DNA from: an uncultured Bdellovibrio sp.
Lineage (GTDB): Bacteria; Bdellovibrionota; Bdellovibrionia; Bdellovibrionales; Bdellovibrionaceae
DNA: 64,000 nt
Assembly: GCA_963932905.1 (NCBI GenBank)
Contig: CAWVRN010000015.1
Location: 1 to 64,000 of the forward strand
Direction: 5' to 3'
In this document: piece after piece, positions 60,918-64,000 of the stretch
How the letters are laid out: the number at the start of each line of letters is the position of its first letter
Position numbering within the stretch: position 1 is the stretch's first letter
Notes under the pieces: generated by a model
Databases searched by the model: none
Told to the model about the DNA's origin: nothing
The model's input: only the letters and a program-made list of their open reading frames with translations
Made by a program: the position numbers and the translations under genes

Positions 60918-60933
60918 AGCAAGGCGTAGGCCA
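60918..60933 (-). promoter_or_regulatory. putative sigma-54 promoter
   Basis: TGG-CCTACGCCTT-GCT (GG-N10-GC), about 45 nt upstream of the lipoprotein start. Confidence 0.55.
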
Positions 60934-60990
60934 GCTAAAAACACCGAATCAAGCCTTGTCTTTCTAATGGAATGAGAAAAAAATACAGAT

Positions 60991-61635
60991 ATGTACCAAG
61001 ATAAAGCAGCCGTAATTAAGTATAACCTAAAATTCATCGTCGTAATCAGCTTGCTAGCTTTACTGTCTATCTTCTATATCGATCAGAACCTGACGATGAT
61101 ATTTAAAGAAGACGACTGGAAATGGTTGATAGCAAGGGAAATCACGCATGTGGGGTTGTTTACGAATTACTTTATCCCTGCCGTTATCGTCTGGGGTGGA
61201 GTTGAAATATTCTTGCGCTGGAACAAATCAAAACCGCGTGAACGTTTAAAAAAAGTCGCCACGCAAGCTCTGTGGTTAGTATACTGTTTGTTGTTTTCTG
61301 GATTGTGCGTCCATATTTTTAAATTCTTGGTCGGTCGTCAGCGACCTAAAATTTCCCCTGAATTTGATCCCCATGTGTTTCAACCGTTTACAACCAACTG
61401 GGATTTTCATTCAATGCCATCAGGACATTCACAGGTTCTGTTCACTGTCGCAACGTACTTTGCGTATCTGTTTCCTCGATTCAAGTACGGCATATACACT
61501 GTAGCTTTTATACTGTCTTTCACACGAGTGATGACTCGTGACCATTTTTACTCGGATGTATTGATGGGCCTAGCCGTTGGTCATTTATCGACTGTAGTGA
61601 TGATATATTGGCTTACACGTCGAAAAATGCCTTAA
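60991..61635 (+). CDS. PAP2 family phosphatase
   Basis: K...GR.RP, SMPSGH, RV....H..SDV motifs. Confidence 0.9.
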   Translation: MYQDKAAVIKYNLKFIVVISLLALLSIFYIDQNLTMIFKEDDWKWLIAREITHVGLFTNYFIPAVIVWGGVEIFLRWNKSKPRERLKKVATQALWLVYCLLFSGLCVHIFKFLVGRQRPKISPEFDPHVFQPFTTNWDFHSMPSGHSQVLFTVATYFAYLFPRFKYGIYTVAFILSFTRVMTRDHFYSDVLMGLAVGHLSTVVMIYWLTRRKMP

Positions 61636-61724
61636 TGTAAGCACTTTTAACAGCGACTTTTTACAGCGAACTGTTTACAAAGTAAACTCAAAAAGCTCAC
61701 ACCCTATTGAAATTATAGTCCTAC

Positions 61725-62561
61725 TTGCGATACACCAGAAGTATGGATATCGAAAAAGAAAACTTACAATCATCAGCTGAGTTTATCAAAACACGGCTTC
61801 AGAATTTGAAAGCGGAACGCCCGCATTTTTCAATTCGTAATGAATGTTTAAAGTTACGTAAGGTATCACCCACGTTGGTCAGCCTTATGTTGCAAGGTAA
61901 ACGAAAAGTTTCTTTAGATCGCGTGGATGAATTATCTATATTGTTAAAACTCTCTCCCAGTGAAAAACAAGCGTTCAAAAACCTAGTCGAATCAGAAACG
62001 CCGCAAAGTCGAAATCCACAAAAGAAATCGACTGTGGAAAAAACTCTGCTGAAAGAAATCAAAAAACGAAATGAAGTTTCTGATTCCATCCTGACGAATT
62101 TTTTAAATATCTACGTTAAAGACGCATTTCAAATCCAAGAACTGCAGGATCATCCGGAATTAATTTACAAAAAATTAGCCTTTCTAGCAGACGAAAAAAG
62201 TATTCGCAAAAGCATTCATTTTTTACTGCGCGAAGGTTATTTGCGAAAAACACTAGACAACAAAATTGTGTTAGATCAACCCCTGTCCGTGAAAGAACCA
62301 AAAGAAGCGCATCTGTTAGTTAGACGCTTTCACAAGAAAGCATTGAAATTAGCGGCCGTAGGTTTGGATTTAGTTCCCACAGATAAACGCATCGCTAATA
62401 CGTTTATCGTGCCGTTAGATCAAGCGACTTATTTTGAACTGCAAGACATGATCAGAAACTTTGCTGATCAGTTAAAAGAATTTTGTGAAACCCGCGCCCT
62501 GAACGGCGAAAACCTATATCAATTGACCCTGAACCTGACCCCAACTGGAGATTTAAAATGA
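61725..62561 (+). CDS. TIGR02147 / DUF4423 family protein
   Basis: FSIR, SP.LVSL.L.GKR, FH.K.L.LA, YQL..NL.P motifs; start may be ATG 61744. Confidence 0.8.
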   Translation: MRYTRSMDIEKENLQSSAEFIKTRLQNLKAERPHFSIRNECLKLRKVSPTLVSLMLQGKRKVSLDRVDELSILLKLSPSEKQAFKNLVESETPQSRNPQKKSTVEKTLLKEIKKRNEVSDSILTNFLNIYVKDAFQIQELQDHPELIYKKLAFLADEKSIRKSIHFLLREGYLRKTLDNKIVLDQPLSVKEPKEAHLLVRRFHKKALKLAAVGLDLVPTDKRIANTFIVPLDQATYFELQDMIRNFADQLKEFCETRALNGENLYQLTLNLTPTGDLK

Positions 62562-63748
62562 AACGGATTTTATTAACGATGCTATTTACAAGCTCATCCG
62601 TGTTGGCATCCACATTTATTGGTAACGGTGGCCAGACTGGTGATGTGGAACTGGCCGTCAGTTTAAAACAAGTTCGAGCGGCTGTTGATCGCATTGAAAC
62701 TTTAAAACAAGAACAACCTGATAAGCGTTACTGTTTATGCCCTGAAAACTATGCGGATCATGCTTTGTGCGAAATCATTGCAAAACTTAATGAAGATCAA
62801 TTGAAATACTGTGACCGTTTTGTGGTGACTCAGCTACAGAAACTAGCGCGCGCTTCGCAATCAACACAATTTGAATGGGTTCCCACCTCGATGGTGAACC
62901 AAAATAAAGTGGGTGAACGCGTCGTCGATGCCGTGGCTCAGAAAGACAAAAAATTAATATATATCGACCAAGAAAAATTTGTGGCTCTGACCCAATCAAA
63001 ACGTATGTTCCTGTTAACTCATGAATTATTCCACATGGATACGTTCGATGGAAAAACCCTGGACGATGAAGATGCCATCGGACCATTTAAATATCAGTAT
63101 GGCGTCCGCGATCTGCTGAATGCAGCGGCGGCAGGTATTACGTTAACATCGATTGATGAAACTGTTTTCCAAGACTACACAAAATACTTAAGCCAATCAC
63201 GATCGACAAAACGTCACTGGTTTAGCTTGATGACCCCGTCAACATCTTTGAAAGACGAAAATAAAACTCGATTTGATACCGAGATGTTGCATGGAACGCG
63301 CTTCACGTACCAATATCAATTTCCCAATTTGTTCAATTTTGGTTTAATACTGCATTTGCAAAACCAAAGTGGCGAGAAATCGATTTTTACCTCGACGAAA
63401 ATTAAACAAAAGCAAAACATCACAGCCGTGGGCGCAACCTATAGATACTTTATATTTAATAATATGGATCCGTTCAGTCATTTCTGGAATACATTTGTTC
63501 AATTCGAAGTTTTAACCGAGCGTCTGGATGCCAATTTTGATATGTCAGATGGCTCTTCCAATGCTCAGTCATCCGCATCGTCGACAAACCTTGCTGGCCG
63601 AGTGAGTGTGTATTTCCCAATGAAACATGATTTTTGGATCAACACCGGTGTTCATTTCAGCGATCATAAGGTCAGCTTCCCAGAATTCGATTACAATTTA
63701 ACGTCAAACAGCCCGACATTTTTCTTAGGAGTCACATATGGCTTATAA
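62558..63748 (+). CDS. secreted protein with HExxH motif and C-terminal beta-barrel-like region
   Basis: signal peptide, GNGG, LTHELFH, C-terminal FFLGVTYGL. Confidence 0.6.
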   Translation: MKRILLTMLFTSSSVLASTFIGNGGQTGDVELAVSLKQVRAAVDRIETLKQEQPDKRYCLCPENYADHALCEIIAKLNEDQLKYCDRFVVTQLQKLARASQSTQFEWVPTSMVNQNKVGERVVDAVAQKDKKLIYIDQEKFVALTQSKRMFLLTHELFHMDTFDGKTLDDEDAIGPFKYQYGVRDLLNAAAAGITLTSIDETVFQDYTKYLSQSRSTKRHWFSLMTPSTSLKDENKTRFDTEMLHGTRFTYQYQFPNLFNFGLILHLQNQSGEKSIFTSTKIKQKQNITAVGATYRYFIFNNMDPFSHFWNTFVQFEVLTERLDANFDMSDGSSNAQSSASSTNLAGRVSVYFPMKHDFWINTGVHFSDHKVSFPEFDYNLTSNSPTFFLGVTYGL

Positions 63749-64000
63749 TACAATACAGAAACTTCTTTTGGCCGTAGGTGCTGCGATGGCCTTTACAGCG
63801 TGTTATCCCGGAAGCACGAGCGTAGTACCAGATTACAAAGCAGAAAATGTAATCGGTATTCCGTTAAGCAAGAATTCAAAATTGCAATCATCAACGGATG
63901 AAGATTCCGACAAGGTCGTTATCTTCGATAAAACCATTCGCAAGATTCATCATTTTGATTTGGCGTCATCGAAACATTTAGGTCTATTTGAAGTCGAGCA
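63738..64000 (+). CDS. lipoprotein (partial, runs off window)
   Basis: MAYNTIQKLLLAVGAAMAFTAC lipobox; AGGAG RBS. Confidence 0.7.
   Translation, partial: MAYNTIQKLLLAVGAAMAFTACYPGSTSVVPDYKAENVIGIPLSKNSKLQSSTDEDSDKVVIFDKTIRKIHHFDLASSKHLGLFEVE

Noticed and set aside
60873..61037. Long N-terminal extension of the lipoprotein ORF
   Set aside because: Overlaps the divergent PAP2 gene and a sigma-54 site; the lipobox signal starts at 60872
1..64000. CRISPR arrays, rRNA, tRNA, phage structural genes
   Set aside because: No regularly spaced repeats, rRNA/tRNA signatures or capsid/terminase motifs recognised by eye

Overview
Bacterial chromosomal window, most likely from a Bdellovibrionota organism (inferred from two TIGR02147/DUF4423-family genes, many short secreted or beta-barrel hypotheticals and sigma-54-type promoters). 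From 1 to ~31.5 kb is a mosaic of accessory genes: RadD helicase, YgiD, SRAP, SodB, an MCP, an isonitrile synthase cluster (isnA/isnB-type plus FAD monooxygenase), a BigR/SqrR-type persulfide operon and several 5'-truncated gene remnants. This part also holds a compact RiPP-like locus: an unannotated 40-aa precursor, a standalone aKG-HExxH enzyme and an ABC exporter behind a sigma-54 promoter. From ~31.8 to 47.9 kb is a defence-type island: Fic remnant, DUF2075 helicase with MazG, a 1639-aa SF1 helicase-nuclease, a DUF5343 + Swt1-HEPN pair split by an IS481-family element, and IetAS. 43.2-56.2 kb is a ~13 kb element bounded by a duplicated tmRNA 3' end; it carries a large serine recombinase, a Rep_trans-like initiator, a DUF6499-like activator and a tyrosine recombinase. 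tmRNA (ssrA) lies at 56182-56534 (-). At 57136-57228 (-) is a candidate sigma-54-driven ~93-nt sRNA with three identical UCCCCCCA motifs. No CRISPR array, rRNA or tRNA was seen. Family calls come from motif recognition by eye, not database searches.
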